DNA of 64,000 bases from the human T2T-CHM13v2.0 reference genome, Homo sapiens. Made by a program: the position numbers and the translations under genes. The stretch is from NCBI RefSeq assembly GCF_009914755.1, contig NC_060929.1; one strand, written 5' to 3'. Each line of letters opens with the position of its first letter. Position 1 is the first letter of the stretch. The notes beneath the pieces were generated by a model that was not told where the DNA came from, searched no databases, and worked only from the letters and a program-made list of their open reading frames with translations. This document shows, in pieces, positions 16,507 through 30,799 of the stretch.

Positions 16507-16988
16507 GTCTACCTTGCACTGCTTTTCCATTAAGTTCACAGATTTTTCAAAAACCCGACTGGTCACAATTTCTGCAGAAAAACTGATGAGACATCTTGAT
16601 GTGACAAGCTTTAATCACCACTGCCACAGTTGGTCTCAAGACCAAAGCAGATTCTCATAATTGCCCTCCTCTAACACCCATTTTAAACTCGCTCTAGTAT
16701 CCTGATATTATTCAGCATTCTGTGCTGGTAAATAAGATATTCTGTAAGCCCTCAGATATGGTACATGCCAAGGCACTCAGAAGAGACAATATAATTGATA
16801 GCTGTGTGGAGTGAACCCGAGAATCATTTGAGTGATTTACTCTGGTTACCATGCAGTTATGGTTGCTGCGATTGTTTATTCACAGTTAAAACTTCTTCTG
16901 GGAGTCAGCGTGATACACTTCCTGTATGACCAAGTAAGTTTCTATTCAGTAACACTTGCATAGATAACAGATGCGTACCCTAGACAAA

Positions 16989-16990
16989 AT

Positions 16991-17025
<35 letters not shown>
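16989..17025. repeat. (CAA)n microsatellite
   Basis: About 11 AAC units read directly. Confidence 0.95.
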
Positions 17026-17189
17026 AACTACCCGAAGGCGTTGGAGGCAAAGTGAAAGAAGATTTTGGAGACAGTCAGTAGTTGGATAAAGAAAATGTAT
17101 GGATAAAAGGTATTTTTCATTTTCATGGCTTCTCGATTGGAGATAGTTCTCTTTCCATTCTATTCGGAGCATGTAGAATTGTCATTTAC

Positions 17190-17890
17190 AAACCTGCAGT
17201 ATCTCTGGCCTAAAGAATAGAAGGACCAAGTTTGAGGCAACCACAATAGCTGGAAATACAGGAGGAGTCTCAGAAAGGAGGGGTTCAGAGAGGGAGAGTT
17301 CTAGATTCTATGCACAAATTCCATGCACATTTGTATATAAACTCTAAAAGTCTCTGGATAGCCCCTGAACCACTCATATATGAGAAAGACTCCAAACTAC
17401 CCAGTTAAGAACAAAACAAAACAAAATAAAACATCAAGAACAAAAAGCAGATCTAATATTTGGGCTGCTGCTTGGGAGACAGAGTTTCTTGTTTCTGTCC
17501 AATCAATAAACTACCTGATAAAACAAAACAAACAAAGACCAAATATCAACACTTTCTGGAGCAGATAACAAAATCCAGTCTCCAAAATATATATTCACAA
17601 TTTCCATGATAACAACCCAAAGTAATTCTGTATATGAAGAAATAGAAAAACATGGAAAAATAGGACCCATTCTCAAGAGAAAATAAAATTAATAGGGACT
17701 GACCCTGAGATAAAACAGATTTTAAAATTAGCAGGCAAAGGTTTTACAGTAGCTATTATAATAATGCTATCAGGAAAATATGCTTATAATAGATTAAAAA
17801 GCAGAAAATATCAGCAGAGAAATAGAAACTATAAAAAAGAATCAAATGGAAATATTAGATGAAATAAATATAATACCTGAAATAAAAACT
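17190..17890 (+). mobile_element. Old L1M 5'/ORF1 fragment nested in the ERVL
   Basis: GACCCTGAGATAAAACAGATTTTAAAATTAGCAGGCAAAGGTTTTACAGTAGCTATTATAA...GAAATAGAAACTATAAAAAAGAATCAAATGGAAAT. Confidence 0.8.
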
Positions 17891-19110
17891 GAGGCTGAGA
17901 ACGAAACTCTAGCTCTATTACATAATAGCAACGCTAAGTCTTCATAATGATTAAGGTCAATTATTCCTGTCAAAAATGGTAATTTTTTTTTCCTACTGGT
18001 TTACTAGTGTGAGGAGTCAAAGAGACTCAATGGCAACCAACGTTTTACACTCAATGGGCTCTTGTGACTTGATAGTGCCACTCCTCCATGAAGACTAGGG
18101 CCTTTAAACTTTCAAAGCTTAAAGATGCAGAGAAGGGAAGCACACATTCTCAAATATGTCAGTGGGAATAATAGTGAGCAGGGAAATTCTACTTCCATCC
18201 ATTGGTTCTGGGACTCACGTAGTTTACTGTTTGGGGACCCAGGTCCATACAAAGATTGTTACCTTAAGGTTTATATCATATTCTGAAGGACAATTCCCTA
18301 CCTTCACAAGAGGTCGTATCTAAGATAATGCCTCAGCTGTACCTTTAAGACTATATTTTAACACTCTGTCAGGCTAGCAGTTTCTGGATTGTGTGGTATG
18401 TGATAAGACCAATGGATCATCTGGTCATGTGCCTACTGCTGCACATTTTTTGCTATTAGGTAGGTACTGTGGCCCAACGTGATATTATTCAGGATACTGT
18501 GCCTGTAAATAAGACATTCTGTGAGCCTTCAGATACAGTGCATGCCAAGGCACTCTGGCTGGAAGAGACAACCCCCTTTTCTTTTTTAATCCTGAAAAAG
18601 TGCTTTCCTTTTTAGGATGAAAGGGGTCCCATGTAATCAACTTGCCACAAACTAGAGTTTTTGTCTCCTTGAGTGATCATAATAATATCAGGGACTCGGC
18701 ATTGGTCTCTTTTGCTGATATATTGAAGAGAATGTTTTTAGTGTCAATAGCTAAGTCATGGATAGCTTCCATCCTTGACATCATGGATAATCTGTTTATG
18801 AATCTATTGTGCAAGTGCTGGGGTAATCAAGGACAAATGCCAATTAACATCTGTTTGATGAATCATCCTGTTCATCTAATTGTTTAGTCCCTCTTCTGCA
18901 ATGGATGCTCTGTAGTGGGTATTGTAGTGTGATAAAAATATCTTTTCCTACTGTAATTGTTCTTGTCCACAAGTCACAGATCAATGTTAGGGTTTTATCA
19001 GATCCTCAGTATTTCCATTTCATTTATTCATCCAGGAGTCAGAGGAATGATCATTGGATAAGTCTGTATCCATGAAACTCTCTATTTGTTAAACCTGAGC
19101 CAGAAATCTA

Positions 19111-19413
<303 letters not shown>

Positions 19414-21287
19414 AAACCTAAGCCAGAAATCTATTTATTATTTGACACCCACATGCCTATACTTTAATAGGGGAATCAGCATAATGCTTTGGATTCCTGA
19501 TATCAGGATTAGTTCAGGCCCAACCACCCCTAAAATCTGTGTATTTCTCTTTTTTGAATATACAGTTACTTAGGTAGATGGCTGCAGGTCTGGTTGGGAA
19601 AGGACAAGGAGCATCACTACTGTTAAAGCATGTTGTCACATTGCATCTACCTTCCTTGGGAGCTTAATATCTTTTAATCTTTGGATTCTAGATGTGGAAA
19701 CTGGCCCAGGTGTGGAATTTTCAACTGAAGTGATTGATATTAACATTTTTAATCTCCCCTTCTTAAGAAGATATAAAAACCTTCTCAGCAACTCATCTCA
19801 ATTGGCCCTAGACACACCATCATCTTTTAGTCATTGACGTAAATCCCCCAAGAGCCATGATCCCTGGCTACCATTTTGACCTTATTTTCTGTTAGGGTAA
19901 TTACATCTACTCTGCCTCTAATGGTTAAAGTCTGCCACCCGAATCTTTCATACTTACTGTTAATAAGAAGCCCAGTTCCATAAAAGCATCTTCTATTACC
20001 AGTCCCAGGCTTCAGCAGACAGCTGCTGTAAGATTCTTGGCAATATTAGAGACCCTGTCACTAAGGGAATTCATTATTTCATATCGCTATAGTAAACAGA
20101 GTATCCCCTAGGCTTTCCTGAACATAGTCAACTGGTGTTTTGGAGGGATGTGGGTTACATATTAGTTACATACAGGCATGCCCACTGAGCCTTTTGCTCT
20201 CTTTCTCCATACTGCACCAGGTCAACTCTTCCATTTTCACATCACATCATGAGGGTTATTGTTTTTTACAGGCTTGCATGACAAAAGTCCTTAAAGGAGC
20301 AACTTATTACATCCAGCTCCAGAGGGTTTTTCTAAAAAGTGAAAAATCCTGAGTTAGATGATTTTGTCCCCAAATAAACAAACTTTCTATTATCCAGCTT
20401 TATATTCTAAATTCTCCTCCTTAACCATCTAACACCCTCAAAATATACTCCAAGGCATTTTTCTAGTTTATGTTGCTACAGATTAGTTAGGTCCTGAAGC
20501 CCATTCAATCTATAATACCTTTCCTTCTTTAGCAGGGCAGCACTTCCCCAGTGATCTTAGTTCTTGGTTCTTAGTTCTTGGTTTGGTGTCCAGGATGGGA
20601 GATAGGAACAGATCTTGAGGAGAACAGCATTTTTTTTTACAAAGTCCCTGTCTTGGTTGAAACATCTACATAGTCTTTAAACAAGAGGAAGGAAGGTTAG
20701 TCTACCCAGAAGGTTTTGATGAATCTGTGGGTACTAGGTTGCCATGTGCATCTACCACATATTTCTATTCCAAGTCTCAGGATCTCACTACCAGGTAGCT
20801 ACTTTTGGAGTGAGAGACTTAATCATCTAGCAAATTCATTCTGCCTTGAAGTTATGATACTTTATCATTAAGTCCTGGGCCTGGTCATAATTTGGGCTCT
20901 CCTCTGCCTACAGATGGTAAGGGTTTTTTTACAGGTTGCCTTAGGCTCTCTGTCTTTCACATTTTGTAGTAAGTTGGGCTAACTTCAGCCTATTTTCTCC
21001 CTTCAAAGCATCAATGCCACTTAGCAACCACCAACTAATTTCAAAGTCCTTATAAGTACTATTTTCTTTATACCTCTCAAATGCCAAAGATATTTACCAA
21101 AGCCAGTGCATTCCCTTCTACCTGTACCTCTTCTCAGATAATAGCAACATTACTGTGGCCTAACAGGGCTCATCGACATTCCACACACTTCTGTGATATG
21201 ATCCTCATTCATATCTGTCCTACATGTTATCCAAAACTTAGAATCCCATTTGGACAGTCTATAAGAAGGATCACTTCATGTAGCAAT

Positions 21288-21725
21288 TGCTTTAAGTTAG
21301 TTTTCACAGAAGCAGATTTGAACTAAGGACTGGACTACAAGTGGGTTATTTAAACAATGCTTCCAGGAGAGAGTGGAAAGAGAGTGAATAATTAGAATAT
21401 TGAAGAAAAAGGAGATTATGAGTGCAGCTTCAGGGGAAGCTCCAGGCTCAGACTGATCCCAATGGGCATATATATTTTATCTTGGAGTTTGTTTCATCTT
21501 GAGGCAAGAAAACTGAATTTTGTGCTTCTTTCTTGGCTGGTGTCCTAGATCCTCACCACCTTGAAGGCGTTGTAAACTTCCGTGCACTTCTGGCTCATTA
21601 TAGGAACAAAACCCTGAAGGGCATGCGGGCACGGACTGTGACAAAGCACACATAACCAAGGGGATAGGAACAGTAGCAAAAGAGATCTGAGAAGGTCTGA
21701 GTGGGCACCAAGAGCATCCACTGCA
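21288..21725 (-). mobile_element. ERVL 5' LTR
   Basis: Minus strand starts TGCAGTGGATGCTCTTGGTGCCC and is followed by ATTGCTACATGAAGTGAT, a degraded ERVL PBS-like sequence; homologous to 16037-16506. Confidence 0.75.
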
Positions 21726-22562
21726 GGAGATCCTCCTAGAGGTTTGCAGTAGCCCAGGGAAGCAAGGTCCCAGCACACGATGTTTTTAGATTTTCCCAAA
21801 CCAATCTGGGTGTTTTTAGGATATCCCTTAATCCCTTAGCCCTGAGTTTGGTGAAAGACAAGAGTCAGACAACATCACGCACATCAAACACTTTGCCCTT
21901 CTCTTACCTTTGTCCAGCTTCTGCCAGCACCGGAAAGGCTTTTTCATTTTTTTTTTTTTTTTAACTATTCTCATAGCACATCTTTCTTCTTCCTTATTCT
22001 ATGACTCACAGTAGAAATTCTGTGATCTTCATCCCCCATGGCATGACACCATATTTTCAAAAAAATCTATCCTTGTATTTTTAAGAAAATCACTTTCTCT
22101 TTCAAAAAAGCCCAATTCCAGCAAATAAAAAAAATACTTGACTTAACTTGATGCTTCACACAGGGCTAAAAAAAAATCATTTTGGAGCTTCAAACCAAGC
22201 AATGACTCTTCTGAACTTGGCTGAGTACTGCTGCCCCTTGAAACAACTGATGCCATTGTTTCAAAAGGTAGTGTTGCTAGGGGGCAAGTGAAAAGAATAA
22301 AATGTTGTTTTGCTAGCTCAGTAATGTCATTTTTGTCAAACAAATTATTGTAATATTATTGAACATTCCCAATTTTTCTGAGCTGCATAGTATTTTTATA
22401 ATCTGCTCATGCTGTTTAATTTATTTCTCCAGCTAAATCAAGTAGTTAGTTGTCTTCTCGCTGGCCTTTTTCTGCTTGCCTCCAGATATCTCTCTCTTGT
22501 CCTCCCATCCCTACCTAGCTTGTTTCTTCTAAATTGCTCAGGGCTAGGAAACCAGCATGTTA

Positions 22563-22916
22563 AGATCATGTACTCACGTAACAATATTTTGGTCAGTGAT
22601 GGACCATATATATGATAGTGGTTCCATAAGATTATAATACTTTACTTTTACTGTCGTATACCCTTTCTGTGTTTAGATATGTTTAGATACATGAATATTT
22701 ACCATTATGTTACAATTGACTAGCAGTATTCAGCATAGTCACATGAAACGTGGGTTTATAGTCTAGGAGTAATAGGCTATAGCATGTAGCCTAGGTGTGT
22801 AGTAGGCTAAGCCATCTAGATTTGTGTAAGTACACTACGATGTTCACACAATGATGAAATTAACCAAATGACACATTTATCAGAATGTGTTCCCATCATT
22901 AAGCAATGTATGACTG
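22563..22916 (-). mobile_element. Tigger3a (MER7A) DNA transposon
   Basis: TAGCCTAGGTGTGTAGTAGGCTAAGCCATCTAGATTTGTGTAAGTACAC; terminal ...AAGCAATGTATGACTG. Confidence 0.9.
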
Positions 22917-23899
22917 CATTTAAGAGTTTCAACAATTTAGATGGGAGACTAAGTCTTCACCCATGACATCATATGAATGGTCTCTTGGTGAGTCTTCATG
23001 ACAAAAACTTCAGGTACTCAGAGATCTGTGTGCGTGTGTGTGTGTATGTGCATGCACACATGTATATGTGTTTGCCTGGATATGTTTAATTTCTTCTTAG
23101 ATTCCTTTTAGTAGATGATTGTGTTGAAGTTGCTGGAAATGTAACCTTCTATAATTGGGAAGATTCTATTCTCAACACAATGATATTATCAGTTATATAT
23201 CAAGTCTGCTCCATCTTTCACAGATTAAAGAAACATACACTTGGACTATTCTGAAACTTTTTCAGGCCATTCTTTCTTTATTTGAAGACCCAACTTACTG
23301 TGGGTCCTACAGATTTGCATGCCCTTTGAGATAGATTAAAAAAAAAAAAACTGGTTTAATTGCCAGGGGAGAGGCAAATTTGAGCAAAGAAAAAAGAAAT
23401 ACAAAACGCTCCAGGAACATGAATGGGCAAACCAACAGGACAATCGAATTAACAGGCCATGTGTGAGGCTGATTGTATATGTAGGGACCATGGCTTTCAA
23501 TTAACCAGACCACACTGGGACATCTGGTGCTCCAAGTGTGTTACATCTTTACCACTGGTTTTCAAACTGGAAGGCTGCTGTGTTTTCTCTAGTTTTTCTT
23601 TGAAAAAATACTTTTATATTCTCTAATGGAGAGAACCACATCGAAGGTTGTATCATGAGCTGCTGTTCTTTCCTCAATTAAATAAATGAAACTATTGACA
23701 TTATATTGAATTAATTTCACTGATGTTACATTCCTGATGAATATATGTGTTCTGAGTAAATAAGTTTAGATAATTTTGTGGCTATTACTTGAGTCATGGT
23801 AGTGAGTACTAAATTGGTGAAATGGAGGTCATTTTTAAGGTGTAAGGAATATGTAGGGAGGCTTCTGCTGCTACGCATTATTATGGAATTCATAATAGT

Positions 23900-24135
23900 C
23901 TTTACCCATGGAAGCAATTACTCAAAGGGTATTCCTGAATGATGGACATCTGCCTCATCTTCAAACTTTCTAATGGCGAGTGCATTTAACGTGCTGATTC
24001 CACTGTTGGACAGTTGGCTGTGGTTGTCAGAAAACATCTTTCTAAGTAAACCATAATCATCCTCCTCACTCTCCCTACATCTTTTGTCTCATCTGTTGTG
24101 GGCGGGAGCAGCAGAGTATCAAGTTATTCTCCTTG
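23900..24135 (-). mobile_element. Possible CR1/L3 fragment
   Basis: GATGGACATCTGCCTCATCTTCAAAC...TTCCACTGTTGGACAG...GTTGTCAGAAAACATCTTTCT resembles an antisense L3 3' end. Confidence 0.5.
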
Positions 24136-25454
24136 GTTCTTTGACTACTTAATAATGTCTATGATGTCCTTGCTAATATATAAATATATATAATAAAGAA
24201 AAATGCAATATATTTAGCTTAGTTTATTCCTTTTGAGCTCCCACAAGGGTTTTGTTCATTTTTGCAATCTTGTATTGTATAGCAAAGACTCAGGGCCCGG
24301 TTAATCAGATGAAACTTTGTTCTAATCAAAAAGTGTTTGTAAAGACTCTTTGTCATTTCCTTTTGACTTCACACCCTCTTCTCATCTTAATCTCTTTTTC
24401 AGATATGCATCTTAGGTCCCAGAGAAAAGGAGGCATGAGCTGCAAGCTTCCTCTTATGTTATTTACAGTTAGTTATCCATGACAGTGGAAGTTGCACAGG
24501 AAGAAGAGAATATTGTTGTTCCTAGAAAGCTTTTCATGGCTCAGTTCAGGATCTTGCAAAACAAAATCTGAGGATGAGATACATTTTAATGGAAAAAGCT
24601 TAGCATCCAATTATGGCAGATGGCTAAGACCAATAGTCTGAAATGTTAATATGCAAACAATAAGTAAGGTGTTTATTTTGGTTCCATTTCAGAATAAAAG
24701 ACTGCTTCATGGTCATTTAAAGAGCTGTGCTTCGTTAGAAAATACTTTCTTTTTGGGGAAGGATCCATACAGTGATGAAATGCCTGCCAGTGAGTTTACA
24801 GAGAGGAAGTACAGATTAGTAGAATTTCATCCCTTCAAAACTTCTATTTGCTTTAAGGGATCAGAAAGAACATTTACATGAGTCATGCAAACTCTCACAG
24901 ACGTGCTGAGATCTGAAGGCATTAAATGTAAGGAGAGAATACAACACAAGTTCTATAGCACAATTTTGGCATGACATTGATTATCATGCCACAGATTTGA
25001 ACCTGCTGAGTGTGGGTTGAGCTAGTGAGACCTGTGTGGACAAGCATAAAATGCTGTATCTGCAGAGACAGTTGGATCCATCTGCTGAGTTTATTCATGT
25101 AATGACACAGATGTGAAAGTATATGACATTTTGTTCACCTAAAGTGCCAAATCCCCATTCTACTCTTGACAGATCCATGCAGCTTAAAGCTAAGGAACAA
25201 CTTGAAAGGTCCTAAAGAATACCAGTCTTGAGGCTTCTCTTGGCAGTATTTTAGTCCACATTTCCCCCTGCCTGTAATTACACCTTTTCTTTTTCTTTTT
25301 TTCTCTTTTTTAACTTTTTTTTTTTTTTTAAACTAGTGCTGAATTCTCCCATTGGAGAGTTTCTGGCTCTGATTATAGGAGGTTCTCTCTACACAGAGTT
25401 GCTCAGCCTCACTCTGTACTGTTTGTCCTTGCAAGTCAGGGAGAACTCAAGCTT

Positions 25455-25520
25455 TTTATTTCTTCTTCTTCTTCTTTTTCTTCTTCTTCTTCTTATTACC
25501 ATTATTATTATTGTTATTAT
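25455..25520. repeat. (CTT)n/(ATT)n compound simple repeat
   Basis: Read directly. Confidence 0.85.
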
Positions 25521-26990
25521 TTTGGTTTCTTGTCGGCAAAGATGTTTCTGTGTTGGGGATGAAAGTAATTTTACTTCTTCTAAATGGATGTCAGTATATG
25601 TTCATAATTAGCCCAATCACAAGGCATGCCTGGAGAGGAAAACAGCACACAGATATTTGATAGTGTATAAGTACATAATTTGGATTACCTGGAAAAGAAT
25701 GAGAACAAGTACTTTAAGAGCCAGAACAAAAGTCTACTCTTTAGGTTTCCTCTAGTGTTATTGAAAAAAATGTTTAGTTTATATCCATGTTATTGGAAGG
25801 GTAAGTCATGGAATGTCCTCACAACATTCCTCACTTCCAAGCAGGAGCAATGTGTTGGGTGCTGAGGAATCTTCCCCTCTGTGGTACAGCCACCTTTGCC
25901 TTTCAATCACCTCCTGTGGTTCCTCTACCATTAATTCAAGCTTTTTAGCTCCTTTGAACAGAATTGCCCTCCACATGTGCTCAGCTCTCTCCTTTGGATT
26001 GCAGGTCTCTGGAAGTCTCCAGGCTCCTGAACTTACCCGCCTGCATCAGAACTGATGCACCTCACAGTGCTCCTGGTGCTGCTTCTCTGAGCTTGACAGA
26101 AACAGTGCCCTCTGGGGCATATTACAGCAATTCAACTGGACAAGTAGAGAAAAACAAATACCACTTAAGGAGTAGTAAAAAAAAAAAAAAAAAAAAATGG
26201 CTTTCAGTCTTTTTGGAGCTGTATGTTGGAGGAAAAGGATTTATTTTGGGGGCAATCAGGCATGGAGATGGGCTAGAGGTGGAGCAAACAGTGGGTGAGC
26301 CTAGACTTGCTTGGCCAACGTTGCTCAGCACACAAGAGAAACAAAGCTGGCTTTGAGAGAAGGTTCGAATCTGTGGATAACATCTTTCTTATTGTTGAAA
26401 AGTCATTTCTAGAATGCCAGTTTGTCACAAATAGCACTGCAGAAACAGTGGACCTAGGTTGTAAGTACTTTTTAGCCTTCACATCTTCAGTTTGGACAGC
26501 TCCTTTCTCTGGCTCAGGAGGAGAAGGTGATGGAATCAAGCCTGCCAAGACAATAAAAGCTTTTCAAGACCATGATCTGTTAGATAAACAATTTTCCTTC
26601 TATTCCCCATCCTATAAATGCTGCTCTGACTCTGACTTATTATTGCGTGTATCTAAGAATATAAAATCTTCTATTAATCACAAAGTACTGGAACCTATTC
26701 ATTTAATTGAACACCCCTTCTCACCCCCAGTACAACTATGTAAAGTAGCAACGTAATGGAAAGAACACAGAACTGAGAAAGATAAGCAGTACTATAGCAT
26801 TTGTTGCAATCAGTCAGTGAATATTACATTTGCCTTTTAACTCAACATGCACTTTAGATTTAAACTTCTACAAAACTTAGTAGAAGGGCTAATATTTAAA
26901 ATTTTATTCAAGATGATTCATTGCATTTTTTTAACTTTTGAAGTCTAAGAAAGACCATAATTTTCTGTTCCTAGGTTGTTCCAGCACACT

Positions 26991-26991
<1 letters not shown>

Positions 26992-27033
<42 letters not shown>

Positions 27034-27046
27034 AGGGAGAGAGAGA
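26992..27046. repeat. (GA)n/(GAGAGG)n microsatellite
   Basis: Read directly. Confidence 0.95.
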
Positions 27047-28906
27047 ATATGTGCAAAATAAAGAATTACTGTATCTGGCATACATCAACATGAAACTTTC
27101 CCTTTAGGATTCTCCCTGCATTTGCATAGACACAGTTTATTGAAGTTGCTTTAAAATTATAAGAAGGCAAGTGAATAAAGCCTGTTTGTATAAGGAATGT
27201 CGTGTACCACTTTGAGTTGTGATGATCACCTCTTTCACCCATTTTTTATCATCATCCCAAAATGAAGCAATAAAATTGAATTTCTTTAGACTGTGAAGCA
27301 TTTATACTAGTATTGCTTATAGAAAATGAATACTGATGATGTATAATGTTCAACTTAATCAGGATTAATATGCTGTCTCAAATGATTAAAAGGCAAAAGA
27401 TGAGCTCAGTTCATTTTAGGTTTGGAGTATTTTAGTCCATATTTTAAAAGTAAGTTGAGTACAGGGCTCGTTTTTTTTGTTTTGTTTTTTAATATACAAA
27501 AAGTTCTGGGCTTTTGAAAACTCTGTATATTTAAGTACTATTGTCATTCTGAGGGCTAATAAAATACCACTACTTGAAAATCACTGAAACCTCAGTCACC
27601 TTTCAGCAGCTATGTATTGTCTATTCCAATAGAAAGTGTACATACTAAGTTCACAAATAGACTAAATAAATGTTCATTTTCCTTCTTTTCTTCTAAAGAC
27701 ATAGCATATTTATGTGTCTGTATGTATGTCAGACATGTGATTTCTACTTTCTTTAAAATTAGAGTGCATCAAGGGAAGAAAAATAAAAATTCCTACTTTA
27801 TCAAAATACTAGTGTGAGAATAAGACTTGGATTTATAAGGAAGCATTTGAGGGAGAGGGTGTGCATAGTTAACGTTTGAATGTATAATCATAGTATTTAA
27901 ATACAACTTGATAAATGCCGTGAAAATACATGGAAAACATTTGCTGAGAATTCTTGCTGGAAAAGTCTTGCCTAGCTCTGCACTTTTGATTTTCCTGTCT
28001 TTTCTATGTCACTTTTTTTCTCTGAGTCATACTCTTTAAGAGGATATTGCTTAAGTTTAGTTTCCTACCCAACTCCACTTCAGTCTCCATATCCTAAGAT
28101 TATTATATTGTCCTCTAATTTCTAATTTCCCTCTTTCAACATGTGCTGAGTACCTTCATTAACCAAGTGCCTACTGTGTGTTATACACTTCGTTAGACTT
28201 CTAGATCCTCAGTCTTGCTGATAAAGAGCAAATTTAATACAAAAGATGTGCTTTGGGTTGAGGCTGAGGTCATCTCAGGCATTTCATTTTCCATGAAGGA
28301 AACAGCCTATTGTCTCATTCTCTCCTGAAAGCCTCAGCCCTAGCACCCAGTAGGTGCTCATCCAGCTTTTATTTCAGAGTTGACCTAGTGGCTAATGGTT
28401 TCTATAAACAGGAAAGACATTTAGTTTGTTACAGATATTGTAATAATGAAGGTATATTCAAAATTATTTTGGCACAATATATGTGTTCCATTACTTGTTC
28501 TAAGATTACATTTGGTTCTACTTTCCCTTTTCCTAATTTATCTTTTTATTTTTTATCAATCAATATCTATTAACCCCACTATGTGTTTAGCATAGTCTTT
28601 GAAATAGTGGTGTTCCCCATATATACACTGTATAGTATAATATATATCAACCAGAGGTTTTGGGTCCACTTGGGTAAATAAATTACATGCATATTAACTA
28701 TTAAAGAATGACACAGTGATACGATAAAAAAAAGAGTCTCATAATCAAGAACCACCTCAGTGGTACAAATAGTGATTTAAATTTATAATAACAGGTGATC
28801 ACTGATTTTGAATGGGAAGGAAAGTTTTGTAGAAGTTACTGAGCTTGAGCTGGGTCTGAAAAGACAGGCAGAATTTGGAGACCTGTAACAACACTATCTG
28901 TTGTTA

Positions 28907-28942
28907 TCTGTGTACATAATTCTCTGTGTACATAATTCTCTG
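28907..28942. repeat. Perfect 16-bp tandem duplication
   Basis: TCTGTGTACATAATTC twice, followed by TCTG. Confidence 0.9.
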
Positions 28943-29548
28943 AAGTTTACAGGTGTTTTTCCAGGCAGTGACTGCTTTAGTCCTCTCCTGTGTGCTGTGA
29001 GTAAAGTACCCCAACCTCCATTTTATGTATGTGAAAAAATCTCAGCCAGAGTTAAAGTAACTTGCCCCATGTCATAGAGAAACCTGGACTTGCAACTTAA
29101 AGCTTCTGATTAAAACCTCCTTTCCTCTCTATCACAGTTGCTTCCAGATATAAAAATGACATGAAGGGAAAGGTAATTGACATAAAGAAAGGCCCAGAGA
29201 TTCATGATCATGAACTCCCGTGGTCATTTAAAGCTAGATTTTATGTAGAAACCAAAGAACATTGCAAAGGACCTTTTATATAAAAATTCTGTGATAAAAG
29301 ACTAATAGAAACATGATTCTTAGAACACTAGCATAAAACGTGCTTTGAAAACAGACTGACTTGGGTTTAAAGCCTGGTTCTGCTTCTTAATTGTCACCTC
29401 ATTTTCCAAGTTCCATGGAAATGCCTTCTTTTTTCTTCAACTTTTCCTCACTCTTTATGTATAATTATTGCCTTCCTCACCAGTTTTCCTATTGATGACT
29501 AACTAATAATAATACTTATTTATATACATATACACACATATATACAGT

Positions 29549-29953
29549 TGATATTGTTTGGATATTTGTCCCCACCCAAATCTCATATTGAATTATAGTC
29601 CCCAGTGCTGGAGGCTGGGCCTGGTGGGAGATATTTGGGTCATGGGAGCTGATCCCTCATGGCTTGGTGCTGTCTTCCTGATAGGAAGTTCTCATGAGGT
29701 GTGGTTGTTTAGAAGTGTGTGGCACCTCTGTCCCCCACTCTCTTATTTGCTCTTGCTTTTGTCGTGTAAGCTGCCTGCTCTCCCTTTACCTTCTGCCATG
29801 AATGAAAGCTCCCTGAGGCTTCACCAGAAGCCAAGCAGATGTTAGCACCATGCTTCCTGTAATGCTTGCAGAAATGTGAGCCAATTAAACCTCTCTTCTT
29901 TATAAATTATCCAGCCTCAGGTATTTATAGCAATGCAAGAAAGGCCTAATACA
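29549..29953 (+). mobile_element. MaLR solo LTR, MST family
   Basis: TGATATTGTTTGGATATTTGTCCCCACCCAAATCTC...GGCCTAATACA; perfect TSD ACAGT. Confidence 0.93.
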
Positions 29954-30198
29954 ACAGTATATATGTATTTATGGGTATATGTAATATATATATATTTTGT
30001 AAAATTTTATATAATTTATATATACCCATATCTTATTTATCTGTCTATATTTTATACTGCTTCCTACGCTAGACACTGTTCTAAGAAATTTACAAACTAT
30101 TTACTCATTTAATCATTGCAATAATCCTCTAAGATAGGCTCTTTATACCATTATTTTGTTGATGAGTTATCTTTTACTAAAACACAGAGAGGCCAGAT

Positions 30199-30558
30199 TC
30201 TAGGTCTTGAATATTTGTATCCCTCCAAATTCTTATGTAGAAACCTAATCACCAGGGTGATGGTAGCAAAAGGTGGTGCCTTTGGAAGGTGATTAGGTCA
30301 TGGGCGCTCCACTCTAAGAACGGAATTAGTGCCTTTATAAGAGTCCTCAGAGATCCCTGTTTGCTCTTCCATCATGTGAGGACATAGCTAGGAGGCACCA
30401 TCTTTAATGCAGAGAGCAATCCCTTACTCGACACCAAATCTGCTGGCACTTTGATCTTATATTTCTCAGCGTCCTGAACTGTGAGAAATACATTTCTATT
30501 GTTTATCAATTAGCCAGTCTACGGCATTTTGTTATAGCAGCCCAAATGGACTAAGACA
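30199..30558 (+). mobile_element. MLT1A-like solo LTR inserted in an antisense MIR
   Basis: Ends TTTTGTTATAGCAGCCCAAATGGACTAAGACA; MIR text ACACAGAGAGG precedes it and TAAGTAAC follows it. Confidence 0.88.
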
Positions 30559-30799
30559 CTAAGTAACCAGCTAAATGTCCTTCAGCCAGGTGGGACGATG
30601 GAATGCGAATTCAGATAATGCCATGCCATGGTCCATGTTTAAACCACTATACTGTGCTCCTTCTCATATTATCTCTTTACATTACCATTATGTGTTTGAT
30701 TTGGTTGTCCCAGCTATACTGTAAACTTGTAACTTTTTGTCTTTTTCACATTTATATCCTCAGAATCTGGCATAGTATGTGGAACATGGAAAGGATGTA

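Noticed and set aside
25964-26756. Overlapping 130-aa and 153-aa ORFs
   Set aside because: Non-ATG starts, poly-Lys derived from an A run, no domain
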